Shown here: piece by piece, positions 55,219 to 64,000 of the stretch | Position numbering within the stretch: the first letter of the stretch is position 1 | How the letters are laid out: each line of letters opens with the position of its first letter | Origin: Escherichia phage KKE7M | Length of the DNA: 64,000 bases | Direction: 5' to 3' (one strand) | Sequence record: PQ356295.1 | The notes under the pieces: generated by a model | The model's database searches: none | What the model was told of the DNA's origin: nothing | Seen by the model: the letters and a program-made list of their open reading frames with translations, nothing else | Position numbers and translations under genes: made by a program

Positions 55219-55791
55219 ATGCGTTTAGCTTTTAACGGGAAGATAAGCACAGCAAACATATTATCAGCAATAGGATTATTAGGTAAAAAATTCACACCTT
55301 TCAGTTTACCCGTTTGTGTAGATTTTGATCATGTATTTGATATTAATAATCCTTCACGTTGTATCGCCAGAAGTAATATTGATAACCCAAGTGAAAATCT
55401 GTTTTATATTACTAAACCATCCCAAGCAATTTTGAATCAATGGGAAGCAGGTCTGATTAAACCAGGTAAATATTTTGCATTACTACCTTGTAAATCATTG
55501 GCTATAGAGGACAGTCTAAACTATGCAAACAATCTTATTGTTACAGCATTCATTGTCTCAGAAAAAGAAGAAACTGCGGCACTTGCAAACACTGTTAAAT
55601 CTTTGTATGATTCTTTGGGTGTTACTTACACTACATTCGTTTGTGAAGATATTCCTCATTGCGTTGAATTTGTAGTAAATGGTGTAACTGTATGTCGTGT
55701 AGAAACAACGCAAGATGAGGACGTTTTTATTACTGTAGCCGATGTAATATCTGAACCTGTGTTTAGTTACGCAGTTTCATTAACACATTAA
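55219..55791 (+). CDS. hypothetical protein
   Basis: 190 aa ORF. Confidence 0.5.
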   Translation: MRLAFNGKISTANILSAIGLLGKKFTPFSLPVCVDFDHVFDINNPSRCIARSNIDNPSENLFYITKPSQAILNQWEAGLIKPGKYFALLPCKSLAIEDSLNYANNLIVTAFIVSEKEETAALANTVKSLYDSLGVTYTTFVCEDIPHCVEFVVNGVTVCRVETTQDEDVFITVADVISEPVFSYAVSLTH

Positions 55792-55801
55792 GGAGAAGGG
55801 G

Positions 55802-56128
55802 ATGAAAATAACGACAGAACAGGCTTTAATAGACAAAGGAAGGGAAATCTTAGAAAGTCATTTGGAGGATATTCAAAGGACTCCAGGGTATCTCGGCTGG
55901 CGTATACAAGAAGCCGTCGATTTTCTACCCCGAAAAAATAAAGAGATTGAGGTAAGATCTCTATTCCTCCTTGTTAAAGTAGATGGTGACGCTATATACA
56001 AAGATGTAGCGTCTCACATTGAACAAATAGAAGAAAAAGCCTACAAAGAATTTGCAGATCTTGTTGTAGAACATAATATAGAAGGTAAAGTTAATATCTT
56101 TATACTTATGGATTTTGAGGAGAATTGA
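55802..56128 (+). CDS. hypothetical protein
   Basis: 108 aa ORF with AAGGAGAAGGGG RBS. Confidence 0.5.
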   Translation: MKITTEQALIDKGREILESHLEDIQRTPGYLGWRIQEAVDFLPRKNKEIEVRSLFLLVKVDGDAIYKDVASHIEQIEEKAYKEFADLVVEHNIEGKVNIFILMDFEEN

Positions 56129-56871
56129 TGCTAGTATATCAAGAAATTAGTGTAAAAGATGATCAAGACCTGTTTATTATTGGTGATTTACATGGTTGCT
56201 TTGATTTGTACCAGAAAGGTGTTAATACTTTAGGTATCCGAGATCAAGATGTTGTTGTATCTTTAGGAGATCTTACAGATCGCGGCAAGCAGAATTTTCG
56301 TTGTACCGTTGAATTCACCAGAAAGCTAAATCGCTATGGTATTCGTGGAAATCACGAAGATATGATGATTAAAGGGTTGCTAGAAGGTGATAGACGATAT
56401 TACGAATGTTGGTTTCAGAACGGAGGCCATACAGTTCTAAATGAGTGTGGAGAAGAAGGTGCAACTGCTCTTGCTTTGATGCTAGAAGACTTACCTGTTG
56501 TACTTGTTGTCAATTATCGTAATATGAAACTAGGCTTTATTCACGGAGGATATCCTTCAGTTTTGGAACATCTGCCAGTGACGGAAGTTTTGCCATTTTG
56601 TTCGAATATGAATAAAGAACAAGTATCTCGATTCACAGAATCTTTAATGTGGGATCGTGATATGATAGATTGCGCCCTTGAAGGGATTCTTCTTCCTAGA
56701 GTTTCAGGAGTAGATTATGTATTTCACGGGCATTCTTATGTTCCTAAACCTGTGATTAGCAGTAATAGGGTATATATGGATACAGGATCTTGCTTCAATG
56801 GTAATTTAACCTTTGCATATTTTGATGATTCAAATACGTTACAATTTTATTCTACTTTAGAGGAGGACTAA
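56128..56871 (+). CDS. PPP-family Ser/Thr protein phosphatase (lambda-phosphatase-like)
   Basis: GDLHGC, GDLTDRG, GNHE motifs in canonical order; ATG 56128 with GAGGAG RBS. Confidence 0.8.
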   Translation: MLVYQEISVKDDQDLFIIGDLHGCFDLYQKGVNTLGIRDQDVVVSLGDLTDRGKQNFRCTVEFTRKLNRYGIRGNHEDMMIKGLLEGDRRYYECWFQNGGHTVLNECGEEGATALALMLEDLPVVLVVNYRNMKLGFIHGGYPSVLEHLPVTEVLPFCSNMNKEQVSRFTESLMWDRDMIDCALEGILLPRVSGVDYVFHGHSYVPKPVISSNRVYMDTGSCFNGNLTFAYFDDSNTLQFYSTLEED

Positions 56872-57191
56872 TGTATAAAGTCACAATTAAAGAGACGGTA
56901 GGGAATATTACGAAAGAAACTACTATTGAAACAGAAGATGTTGAGTTAGTCAAAGAGCTTTTATTTCCAAAACCAGAAATAAAAGATAATGACGAACAGT
57001 TGGATGAAGATAATGAGACAGCAAGGGATAAATGGAAGAAACAACTAGCGGAGATTTGGAAAAAGCCTCAAGTAACGCCTCCATTTGATCCTCGTACACC
57101 TTATAATCCCTGGGAAATTGGAAGCCCTTGGTATACGTATCCTATTACTCCAATTGTTACTCCTAATATTATTCCCAATATTACTTGTTAA
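56871..57191 (+). CDS. hypothetical protein
   Basis: 106 aa ORF. Confidence 0.45.
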   Translation: MYKVTIKETVGNITKETTIETEDVELVKELLFPKPEIKDNDEQLDEDNETARDKWKKQLAEIWKKPQVTPPFDPRTPYNPWEIGSPWYTYPITPIVTPNIIPNITC

Positions 57192-57201
57192 GGAGAAAAC
57201 C

Positions 57202-57780
57202 ATGAGCGATTTATTCTACACAGGTGTTGGTAGCAGAGACATTACAGACGAAGAATGGGACACTATGGTAGCTGTTGCAAAATGGTTATCTACATGGTTC
57301 ATTTTGCGATCTGGTAAAGCAGAAGGTGCAGATTCCGCATTTGAATGCGGGGTATATGATAGTGGAAACAATACAAAGAAAGAAATATACATTCCTTGGC
57401 CTTCGTTTAAAGGTAATGAGATAGAGGGAGAGGTTATTGTTCTTGACAGACCCGATAGTGTAAACTATGCTCTAACTTTGCAATATGCAAAAGAATTGCA
57501 TCCAGCTTGGGACAGATTATCTCAAGGTGCTAAAAAATTACATCAAAGAAATATCCACCAAGTTCTTGGCAGAGATCTTGAGAATCCAAAACCATCTTGT
57601 TTTCTTTTAGCTTGTGCAAATACAGATAAGAATGGAGATCCTTTAGGTGGTACAAGAACAGCTTGGATGTTGGCTAAAAAGTTTAATGTTCCTTGTTTTA
57701 ATATTCGAGGTAAAAGTAAAAAACAAATCTTCGAATTTATTAAACCTATTTTAGAGGAGAATGGTCTTGTCCAGAAATAA
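57202..57780 (+). CDS. SLOG/DprA-like Rossmann-fold protein (candidate)
   Basis: ORF 57085..57780 in track; likely ATG 57202 with AAGGAGAAAACC RBS; GVGSRD...SGKAEGADS pattern. Confidence 0.3.
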   Translation: MSDLFYTGVGSRDITDEEWDTMVAVAKWLSTWFILRSGKAEGADSAFECGVYDSGNNTKKEIYIPWPSFKGNEIEGEVIVLDRPDSVNYALTLQYAKELHPAWDRLSQGAKKLHQRNIHQVLGRDLENPKPSCFLLACANTDKNGDPLGGTRTAWMLAKKFNVPCFNIRGKSKKQIFEFIKPILEENGLVQK

Positions 57781-58285
57781 TATAAGTGTCATTAAAGATA
57801 GCTTTATTGATGTAACAAACGATATTGTACCTACAATACAATATATAGTTGAGGCACAAGGTTTAAACTTCATACGTGATAAAGTTAAGATTGTTTTTCA
57901 TAACACTCCAGGTTTTGTAATAGTAGGTTCAACAGAAACGATGTATCCTACAGATCTGATCACTTTAGACAAAAACTTAACACAAGAAGAAGTAGAAATT
58001 CTTAACCTCTATTGGTTAGGTTTTAAAAGATATGAGGATACAGCTTTATCCCGAATGTCAACTATTTTAGCTAATATTCTGGTGCGGAAAATTTCTAAAA
58101 TATGGGATGAAGAAAACCCAGATGAAATAATTTTACACTTTGCTAAACCGGAAGACGGGGCATATGATATAGACACATCTGAAATGGCTTATGGGTTTAT
58201 TATTTCTGGTAATGTATTACAGATGGAATCTTTATTGTATGTTGAGACAGTAAAACACAATAACAATTACGAGGAGGTTGTATGA
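57761..58285 (+). CDS. hypothetical protein
   Basis: 174 aa ORF overlapping upstream gene end. Confidence 0.45.
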   Translation: MVLSRNNISVIKDSFIDVTNDIVPTIQYIVEAQGLNFIRDKVKIVFHNTPGFVIVGSTETMYPTDLITLDKNLTQEEVEILNLYWLGFKRYEDTALSRMSTILANILVRKISKIWDEENPDEIILHFAKPEDGAYDIDTSEMAYGFIISGNVLQMESLLYVETVKHNNNYEEVV

Positions 58286-58539
58286 AAGGTTTAGAGTTTA
58301 ACTTTGTAGATGCGTGGGAAGGATGGGATGAACTAGGAGTAGGGGATTTATGTTTTTATGATGTTACCTTGAAGGAAGAATACAAACATCTAGCTCCTAG
58401 TGAAGATTGCGATGTGATTCTATCTATTCTATTAAGTCAGTCTATAGTGCAATTCGATTTCTTAAAAGGTAGTGAATGTATTGAAAGTAAAGCATTCCGT
58501 TTGGAAGTTTCTCTTGGTGAAGAAATTCCTGTAGAATAA
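58282..58539 (+). CDS. hypothetical protein
   Basis: 85 aa ORF. Confidence 0.45.
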   Translation: MKGLEFNFVDAWEGWDELGVGDLCFYDVTLKEEYKHLAPSEDCDVILSILLSQSIVQFDFLKGSECIESKAFRLEVSLGEEIPVE

Positions 58540-58544
58540 TATAA

Positions 58545-58567
58545 ACCCGCTTCGGCGGGTTTTTTGT
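58545..58567 (+). terminator. rho-independent terminator
   Basis: AAACCCGC-TTCG-GCGGGTTTTTT. Confidence 0.7.
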
Positions 58568-58621
58568 TGACAACACCAGTTTTTTCGAATAAACTACAGA
58601 AAAACAGAAGAGGAGATTAGC

Positions 58622-59035
58622 ATGTACTATAGTGACTATTTTGTAAACCCAACAAAAGAACAACTTCAATCGGCAGTGGATAAGATGCAGATTGTAGTTA
58701 AAGAATGTGAGAAAATAAGAAAACAACTACAAGAAGAAACTGTTGTTGTTAATAAATGGTTTGGTCTTAGAAAGAAGGTTGTTAGTAAACACAATATCAT
58801 CCTTGAAAAAGCAAAAACGACAGGGACTAGTTACGCCTTACAAGGCTTGTTGCTAAATTACATTGATATAGAACAACATTCTCTTCTGCACTGTTGGCTT
58901 CACAGTCCTAGTATTGAGGATCTCTTGTTCTGGTTGTCGTGTGAATCTGTACTTTTAAACGAAAATGAGGCTTACCGTTTAAACTTCTGCCTTAAGGCAG
59001 AGTTACCAGCTAGTGTTAAGGAGAAGAAGCAATAA
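58622..59035 (+). CDS. hypothetical protein
   Basis: 137 aa ORF with GAGGAGA RBS. Confidence 0.5.
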   Translation: MYYSDYFVNPTKEQLQSAVDKMQIVVKECEKIRKQLQEETVVVNKWFGLRKKVVSKHNIILEKAKTTGTSYALQGLLLNYIDIEQHSLLHCWLHSPSIEDLLFWLSCESVLLNENEAYRLNFCLKAELPASVKEKKQ

Positions 59036-60024
59036 TGAAAGTTTTAAGTCTTTTTGATGGTATGTCAGGAGGAATGCTTGCACTAAAAAGCGCAGGTATT
59101 GAAGTAGATAAGTATTATGCCTCAGAATTGGACAAATTTGCCATAGCTGAAAGCCAAGCCAATTTTCCAGATATTATTCAATTAGGTGATGTTACAAAAT
59201 GGAGAGAATGGGATATCCCGTGGGGAGAAATTGATCTTTTGTTAGGTGGTAGCCCGTGCCAAGGCTTCTCTTCTTCTGGTAAGGGTTTGAACTTTCAAGA
59301 TCCGCGATCTAAACTGTTCTTTGAATATGTTGAAATTCTTGAACATATTAAAAAGTTTAACCCTAATGTTAAGTTCATGCTTGAAAACGTTAAGATGAAG
59401 GTGGAGTGGGAAAACGTGATCACAAGTTACTTAGGTGTTGATCCCGTATTCATTAACTCCGCAGATTTCACGGCACAGAATAGGCAACGTTTATACTGGT
59501 GCAATTGGGAAATAAAACCTTGGGATATTACCAATGAAGTGTTGCAAGATATCATTGAAGATGATAGTATCGTAGACAGAGATAAGGCTTATTGCATAGA
59601 TGCAAATTATGCCAAAGGTGGTAATATAGAACAGTATTTTGAAAAGAGTCGCAGACAACTGGTTTTTTATCCGGCAGCAATATATGGGCGTAGAATTAAT
59701 GAAAATGGCAAACGTAGTACATCTAAAACTGATCGTTTGGTACATTGTTTGGAAGTTCAGGACAGTGAAAAAACTCGTTGCCTCACGACTGTGCCTAAAG
59801 ACGTACTACTAGCTTACATTCCACCTGGAAGATATCTAGATGCCTTTGAAAAATTGAGTGAAGGCGTACATTATAGAAAGTTAACGGTTAAAGAGTGTTG
59901 CCGCTTACAAGGTGTTCCAGATGATTACTTTAAAGTGAGTAGTAACACACAAGCATATAAGATGTTAGGCAATGGTTGGACTATACCTGTCATTGCGCAT
60001 ATTCTTAAATCTATGGAGGAATAA
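59035..60024 (+). CDS. DNA (cytosine-5)-methyltransferase
   Basis: motif I LFDGMSGG, motif IV GGSPCQGFS, motif VI ENV. Confidence 0.85.
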   Translation: MKVLSLFDGMSGGMLALKSAGIEVDKYYASELDKFAIAESQANFPDIIQLGDVTKWREWDIPWGEIDLLLGGSPCQGFSSSGKGLNFQDPRSKLFFEYVEILEHIKKFNPNVKFMLENVKMKVEWENVITSYLGVDPVFINSADFTAQNRQRLYWCNWEIKPWDITNEVLQDIIEDDSIVDRDKAYCIDANYAKGGNIEQYFEKSRRQLVFYPAAIYGRRINENGKRSTSKTDRLVHCLEVQDSEKTRCLTTVPKDVLLAYIPPGRYLDAFEKLSEGVHYRKLTVKECCRLQGVPDDYFKVSSNTQAYKMLGNGWTIPVIAHILKSMEE

Positions 60025-60147
60025 TGGAAACATTGTGGAAAGGCTGGAAGACTGCTCTGATAGCTTTTATAATTCCATTAACTTTTCTTGGTTGGTGTTT
60101 TTGGGAATTTATCTTTTGGGTAATTTCCCATATACATTGGGGGTAAT
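60025..60147 (+). CDS. small hydrophobic peptide (40 aa)
   Basis: ATG with GGAGG RBS directly after the methyltransferase stop; below track cutoff. Confidence 0.35.
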
Positions 60148-60759
60148 ATGACTCAAAAAGTTGCATATCAAGTAGATCGTGAAGATGGTGAAGGTAGCGT
60201 TGTAGTTTTTGATACACATGGTCTTGCAGCAAGACGCAGAGGCGCTTGTCTATTGGACATTGGTGGTGAAGATGAATACTGCACTGTACGTAGAGTAAAA
60301 GAATTTGATCAATACGCTGAAAAAGGTTTTGTACCTGCAAAAGCACTATTAGAAGCTGGATGGTGGATACCTAGTGCACATGATTATGATATTTTGGAAT
60401 CAGATACAGACGAGTTTAACAGTGAAAATTTTGTTTTCTCTCTGGATGAAAAATGCGTTTGGAAAGATTGGGATGAAATGGAACGCCATGCTTATTTTAT
60501 AAACGAAGCATTAGATCGTAAAACTTGGTTTGAAAATACAGTTAAAGCAGCGTATCCTCAATTTACTTTTACAGAGTTTTGGGGTGGCCCACACCATATT
60601 ACTCATGTGGCATACTTCGAGTTCCCAGGCTCACGCTATAAAGGTACTGTCTACTGGGATTGGGACGAGGACAAAGAACCTTCTGCTCAAGACTTCCGTT
60701 GCTATGTTTGTCAAGGTGATCAAGAAGCCCTTGACAAGTACCTTAAAAGTCTGGTATAA
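60148..60759 (+). CDS. hypothetical protein
   Basis: 203 aa ORF. Confidence 0.5.
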   Translation: MTQKVAYQVDREDGEGSVVVFDTHGLAARRRGACLLDIGGEDEYCTVRRVKEFDQYAEKGFVPAKALLEAGWWIPSAHDYDILESDTDEFNSENFVFSLDEKCVWKDWDEMERHAYFINEALDRKTWFENTVKAAYPQFTFTEFWGGPHHITHVAYFEFPGSRYKGTVYWDWDEDKEPSAQDFRCYVCQGDQEALDKYLKSLV

Positions 60760-60775
60760 TCCGTAAAACTTAACC

Positions 60776-60797
60776 AAAGCCCCAAGCAGGGGCTTTA
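60776..60797 (+). terminator. hairpin AAAGCCCC-AAGCA-GGGGCTTT with T-run
   Basis: follows the 60148..60759 gene. Confidence 0.55.
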
Positions 60798-60813
60798 TTT
60801 GTCTGGAGGATAT

Positions 60814-61347
60814 ATGGGTTTTGATGACATGTTATTATATGAGGAGGCTTGTGTGAAAGAAGCTATGGCTTTACCAGTTTTATCTATTGATATTACAACA
60901 GTAGACACTTTTTCAGATTGTGAAACGTGTGGATCGTATTCATCTATTGTACATGAAGTCAGTGGGGATTTAGGCACTTACGAAGATGGAGATTATGCAA
61001 GTTGTTTAGGTGATAATCGAGATGGTGAAGTGGCGAATGTTGCAAACTGGATCGCTTCTAAGTTAAAAGAAAGAAATCGTCCGTTCCCTAATCTTCTTAC
61101 ACCAGAATCTATGCTTAAAGCTGAACAAGAGATGGATGACTATGGTTATAAAGTAGATTATGACTATAATGATCCTACTTATAAAAAATTGAGTGACAAG
61201 TATTGGGAACTAGCTAATGCTTATGATAAATACTACTCTACAGAAAACATTGTTAAATTATTTTTAGATTTTGGAGTAGAAATTAATTGGGATTTCGAAG
61301 AGGAAGAGCGTTACGATGCATCTTATTGGGAGGACGAGGGTGAATGA
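60814..61347 (+). CDS. hypothetical acidic protein
   Basis: ORF 60799..61347 in track; likely ATG 60814 with GGAGG RBS. Confidence 0.45.
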   Translation: MGFDDMLLYEEACVKEAMALPVLSIDITTVDTFSDCETCGSYSSIVHEVSGDLGTYEDGDYASCLGDNRDGEVANVANWIASKLKERNRPFPNLLTPESMLKAEQEMDDYGYKVDYDYNDPTYKKLSDKYWELANAYDKYYSTENIVKLFLDFGVEINWDFEEEERYDASYWEDEGE

Positions 61348-62084
61348 TAGAACGAAAACCCTTACCAGATAGAGATTACTTGTTATCAAGGTTTAGTGTG
61401 GAGAATGGTCGTCTTGTTTGGAAACCTAAACCTTCTACAACAAAAGAGAACAAAAGGTGGAATAGCAGATACGCAGGGAAGATTGCAGGGACTATTGATA
61501 AAGTTGGTTACTCTCATGTCAAAATAGATGGTATTGTATATTTGGAGCACAGAATTTGTTTTAAAATGTATCATAATTACTGTCCAGATGTTATAGACCA
61601 TGACGACGGCAATAAACTTAATAATGCGGAAAGTAATTTATTGGATAGTAACTATTTATTAAATAATAACAATAGACACGTAGATGGGTTAGAAGGTATT
61701 TATGAAAAGGATGGTGTTTTTCTTTGGGTTATAAACTACAACCAAGAAACTTTCTCTGTTTCAGGTTTCAAAACTAAAGAGGAAGCTACTGTAGCTAGAG
61801 CTTTAGCAAAACAAGAAATTTTGAAAGGATCTTATATCAAAAAAGAAAAGAAGCGTATAGATAACACTTCAGGATTAAGTTGTGTGTTTGTGGCAACAAG
61901 AGAGAGAACATTCTTTTTCAAGTTTGTGTTTGACAAGACCGCTTATTGCAAATATGGTTTCAACGATCCAGAGAGATGTGCTATAGCTCTGGAGAAGTTA
62001 AGGTTGAAGGTGATGAAAGAAAAATATAAACCTGCAAATAAAAGCATTTGCGAAAAATATAAGGAGGAGATTTATGCCGCGTAG
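61344..62084 (+). CDS. HNH homing endonuclease
   Basis: GYSHVKIDGIVYLEHRICFKMYHNYCPDVIDHDDGNKLNN HNH core. Confidence 0.65.
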   Translation: MIERKPLPDRDYLLSRFSVENGRLVWKPKPSTTKENKRWNSRYAGKIAGTIDKVGYSHVKIDGIVYLEHRICFKMYHNYCPDVIDHDDGNKLNNAESNLLDSNYLLNNNNRHVDGLEGIYEKDGVFLWVINYNQETFSVSGFKTKEEATVARALAKQEILKGSYIKKEKKRIDNTSGLSCVFVATRERTFFFKFVFDKTAYCKYGFNDPERCAIALEKLRLKVMKEKYKPANKSICEKYKEEIYAA

Positions 62085-62889
62085 AGTCATATTCATAACT
62101 GGCGCAGGACTATCTGTGGATAGCGGTATCCCAGCTTTTAGAACAGATACTTCTTCAGGGGAGGCGTTATGGTCTTCTTATGATCTTTCTGAGGTCTGTG
62201 ACATTTTCAACTTCCGTGATGGTTATCAGCAAGAACAAGGTGTTCTTGATGCTATGGGTGGTTTAGATGCGGAAGGATATAACCTCTACCGTAAAACTCA
62301 CGACTTTTACAATAAACGTCGCGTGGAATTAGCGAAAGTTGACCCGAATCCAGCACATCTTCAGATTGGAGAATGGTTCAAAAAATATGGCCCAGAACGA
62401 ATTCTTAACATTACTACTAACGTGGATGACCTCCTTGAACGAGCAGGAGTAAATAGGGAAGAAGTGCTACATGTGCACGGTTTTCTTCCTGAAATTACTT
62501 TTCAAAGAAAAGCTGGACAACCTACAATTGTAAAAGATGTTGGTTATCAAGCCATAGATGTAGATGACTACCATTATGTAAAACCTAATGTAATTTTCTT
62601 TGGAGAAGCTGCTCCACTTTACACAGATATGTATCATATTCTTGATACACTAACGGCTCAAGATATGGTTGTAGTAGTAGGATGTTCAAACCAAGTTATC
62701 AATTTTAATTGGGAATTATTCCCTGCACTTAATATGGGTACAAAAATGATCGTTGTTAACCCAGGAATTAATTACGAAGAAACTCTTCTTTACGAAGATA
62801 GAGGAGTCTTTGTTTATCGAGAAAAGGCCGCAGATGCTTTTAGCAATCCTGCTTTCATAAAAATGATAGAAGATCATTTGACTAAATAA
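62074..62889 (+). CDS. SIR2-family (sirtuin-like) NAD-dependent protein
   Basis: FITGAGLSVDSGIPAFR NAD-binding motif, TTNVDDL, HVHG catalytic His; no CxxC zinc module evident. Confidence 0.75.
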   Translation: MPRRVIFITGAGLSVDSGIPAFRTDTSSGEALWSSYDLSEVCDIFNFRDGYQQEQGVLDAMGGLDAEGYNLYRKTHDFYNKRRVELAKVDPNPAHLQIGEWFKKYGPERILNITTNVDDLLERAGVNREEVLHVHGFLPEITFQRKAGQPTIVKDVGYQAIDVDDYHYVKPNVIFFGEAAPLYTDMYHILDTLTAQDMVVVVGCSNQVINFNWELFPALNMGTKMIVVNPGINYEETLLYEDRGVFVYREKAADAFSNPAFIKMIEDHLTK

Positions 62890-62896
62890 CTTAACC

Positions 62897-62917
62897 AAGG
62901 GGGCGAAAGCCCCTTTT
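62897..62917 (+). terminator. rho-independent terminator
   Basis: AAGGGGGC-GAAA-GCCCCTTTT, near-identical to the one at 50889. Confidence 0.65.
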
Positions 62918-62933
62918 CTTATAGGAGAATATT

Positions 62934-63191
62934 ATGACCACAGAACAAATCGTTAAAGACCATTTTATGATGCACTACGTTTATTACTTCAATAATAATC
63001 AGCAGAAAGGTGAGGGATTTTGTTATCTATCCGCACAACAAGGTTTTGGTATCCGTCAAGCAGATATTAACGGGGCAGTAGCTGGGATTACAAAAGGCTT
63101 GGTTGCAAACCTTAAAGATAATGTTGTTGTTGTCCCAACGTGCATTTCTTATCTCTCAACCTGTCCTGAAGAAGATTTTATGCATTCCTAA
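62934..63191 (+). CDS. hypothetical protein
   Basis: 85 aa ORF. Confidence 0.45.
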   Translation: MTTEQIVKDHFMMHYVYYFNNNQQKGEGFCYLSAQQGFGIRQADINGAVAGITKGLVANLKDNVVVVPTCISYLSTCPEEDFMHS

Positions 63192-63257
63192 AACCTCCTG
63201 TAACGCATTCTAACGCACTTTTTATTTTAGTAATACGTTTCCCTACCTTATGCAAAC

Positions 63258-63290
63258 AAAAGCCCCTAGAAGCGATTCTAGGGGCTTTAT
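63258..63290. terminator. bidirectional terminator between convergent gene blocks
   Basis: AAAGCCCCTAGAA-TCGC-TTCTAGGGGCTTT long perfect stem flanked by A/T runs on both sides. Confidence 0.65.
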
Positions 63291-63291
63291 T

Positions 63292-63366
63292 TTAGTCTTC
63301 TGTAAAATATCCTATGACAACAATGATAAAGATGATTAACACTACAATACTCTCTAATAAAGTCAT
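63292..63366 (-). CDS. small hydrophobic peptide (24 aa)
   Basis: ATG immediately after upstream stop; MTLLESIVVLIIFIIVVIGYFTED. Confidence 0.2.
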   Translation of the reverse strand: MTLLESIVVLIIFIIVVIGYFTED

Positions 63367-63588
63367 CTATAGATCTCGTTCATATAGTTCAATTATCAAT
63401 TCATCCTCTGCTGTTATCGTACCAATTTGCCAAGTGTGAAGATAAACCTCTGTATAAGAGTGTATCTTACTATCTAACAAGCACAGCCACGTATTGTTGC
63501 TTACCTTTTCTTGAATATGAACCTTAACCACGAAAGGGTGAGGGTTATCTACTAAGAAACCAATACTACCTTCTACAACTACAGACAT
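63367..63588 (-). CDS. hypothetical protein
   Basis: 73 aa ORF. Confidence 0.4.
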   Translation of the reverse strand: MSVVVEGSIGFLVDNPHPFVVKVHIQEKVSNNTWLCLLDSKIHSYTEVYLHTWQIGTITAEDELIIELYERDL

Positions 63589-63645
63589 AATACCTCCTAT
63601 TGTTTATGCTAAAAGTGTTTATAACATATAAAGAGCATATATACA

Positions 63646-63668
63646 AGAAAACCCGCCGAAGCGGGTTT
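63646..63668 (-). terminator. rho-independent terminator
   Basis: minus-strand AAACCCGC-TTCG-GCGGGTTT, same stem as the one at 58545. Confidence 0.55.
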
Positions 63669-63673
63669 ATGCG

Positions 63674-63997
63674 TCATACAATGTGTTTTGTTTTAACGTG
63701 CGAAGATTTAAAAATCTTGTTATGTAATGAAATACGATTATCACGGAACACATAATAGTTAGCAACATCTGGTTTATCAACACAGAGTGTAGCCACAACT
63801 TTCATAGGTATAGATACATTCTCACGAAGAGTAACACTACCTTTCAAACGTTCAGATGAAATGTGAATCAAACCTTCTTTTTCATCAATGATGACTTCTT
63901 TAACATTTTTGAAATTATAACAAGAGTTATCAATATAAGACACCCTTGCTTTTGTTTGCTTCTGTTTAGGACGAGAACCAGTGTTTATTTTTTGCAT
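63674..63997 (-). CDS. hypothetical protein
   Basis: 107 aa ORF. Confidence 0.45.
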   Translation of the reverse strand: MQKINTGSRPKQKQTKARVSYIDNSCYNFKNVKEVIIDEKEGLIHISSERLKGSVTLRENVSIPMKVVATLCVDKPDVANYYVFRDNRISLHNKIFKSSHVKTKHIV

Positions 63998-64000
63998 AGT

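Noticed and set aside
60011-60346. Minus-strand 111 aa ORF overlapping the methyltransferase end and the next plus-strand gene
   Set aside because: His/Gln/Leu-rich low-complexity translation antisense to two plus-strand genes with proper RBSs.
1-64000. CRISPR array, rRNA genes, transposase or IS elements
   Set aside because: No regularly spaced direct repeats, no rRNA-like conserved stretches and no transposase motifs seen anywhere in the window.

Overview
This window reads as a contiguous segment of a large virulent tailed phage (myovirus-like, reminiscent of Felix-O1-type genomes), not a bacterial chromosome. Positions 1-19900 are a minus-strand late/structural block: tail fiber and baseplate genes, tape measure, a tail chaperone pair with an apparent -1 frameshift site, sheath and tube, neck proteins, major capsid, decoration, scaffold, portal, and a large terminase interrupted by a mini-intein in its Walker A motif, with an overlapping spanin pair and a small DNA-binding (terS-like) gene upstream. 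Positions 20360-23223 hold a minus-strand cluster of about 18 tRNA genes, four of them structurally atypical, interrupted by an HNH endonuclease and a small ORF. Positions 23971-26669 encode a NAMPT-like and a Prs-like enzyme pair (NAD+ salvage or reconstitution). From 27079 onward the plus strand carries early/middle genes: a split Pnkp-like RNA repair set (metallophosphoesterase, RNA-ligase-like, P-loop kinase), DNA ligase, flap endonuclease, DEDD exonuclease, tdk, thyX, nrdA/nrdB/nrdH, a complete rmlBACD dTDP-rhamnose operon, T4-type lysozyme, PhoH, an HslV-like peptidase, Dam-like and Dcm methyltransferases, a small serine recombinase, a PPP phosphatase, HNH endonucleases and a SIR2-like protein. 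All calls rest on motif recognition and gene order read from the sequence; no database search was run. Coordinates come from the supplied ORF track, adjusted where I re-read start codons. The tRNA calls are hand-folded and should be checked with a tRNA scanner.
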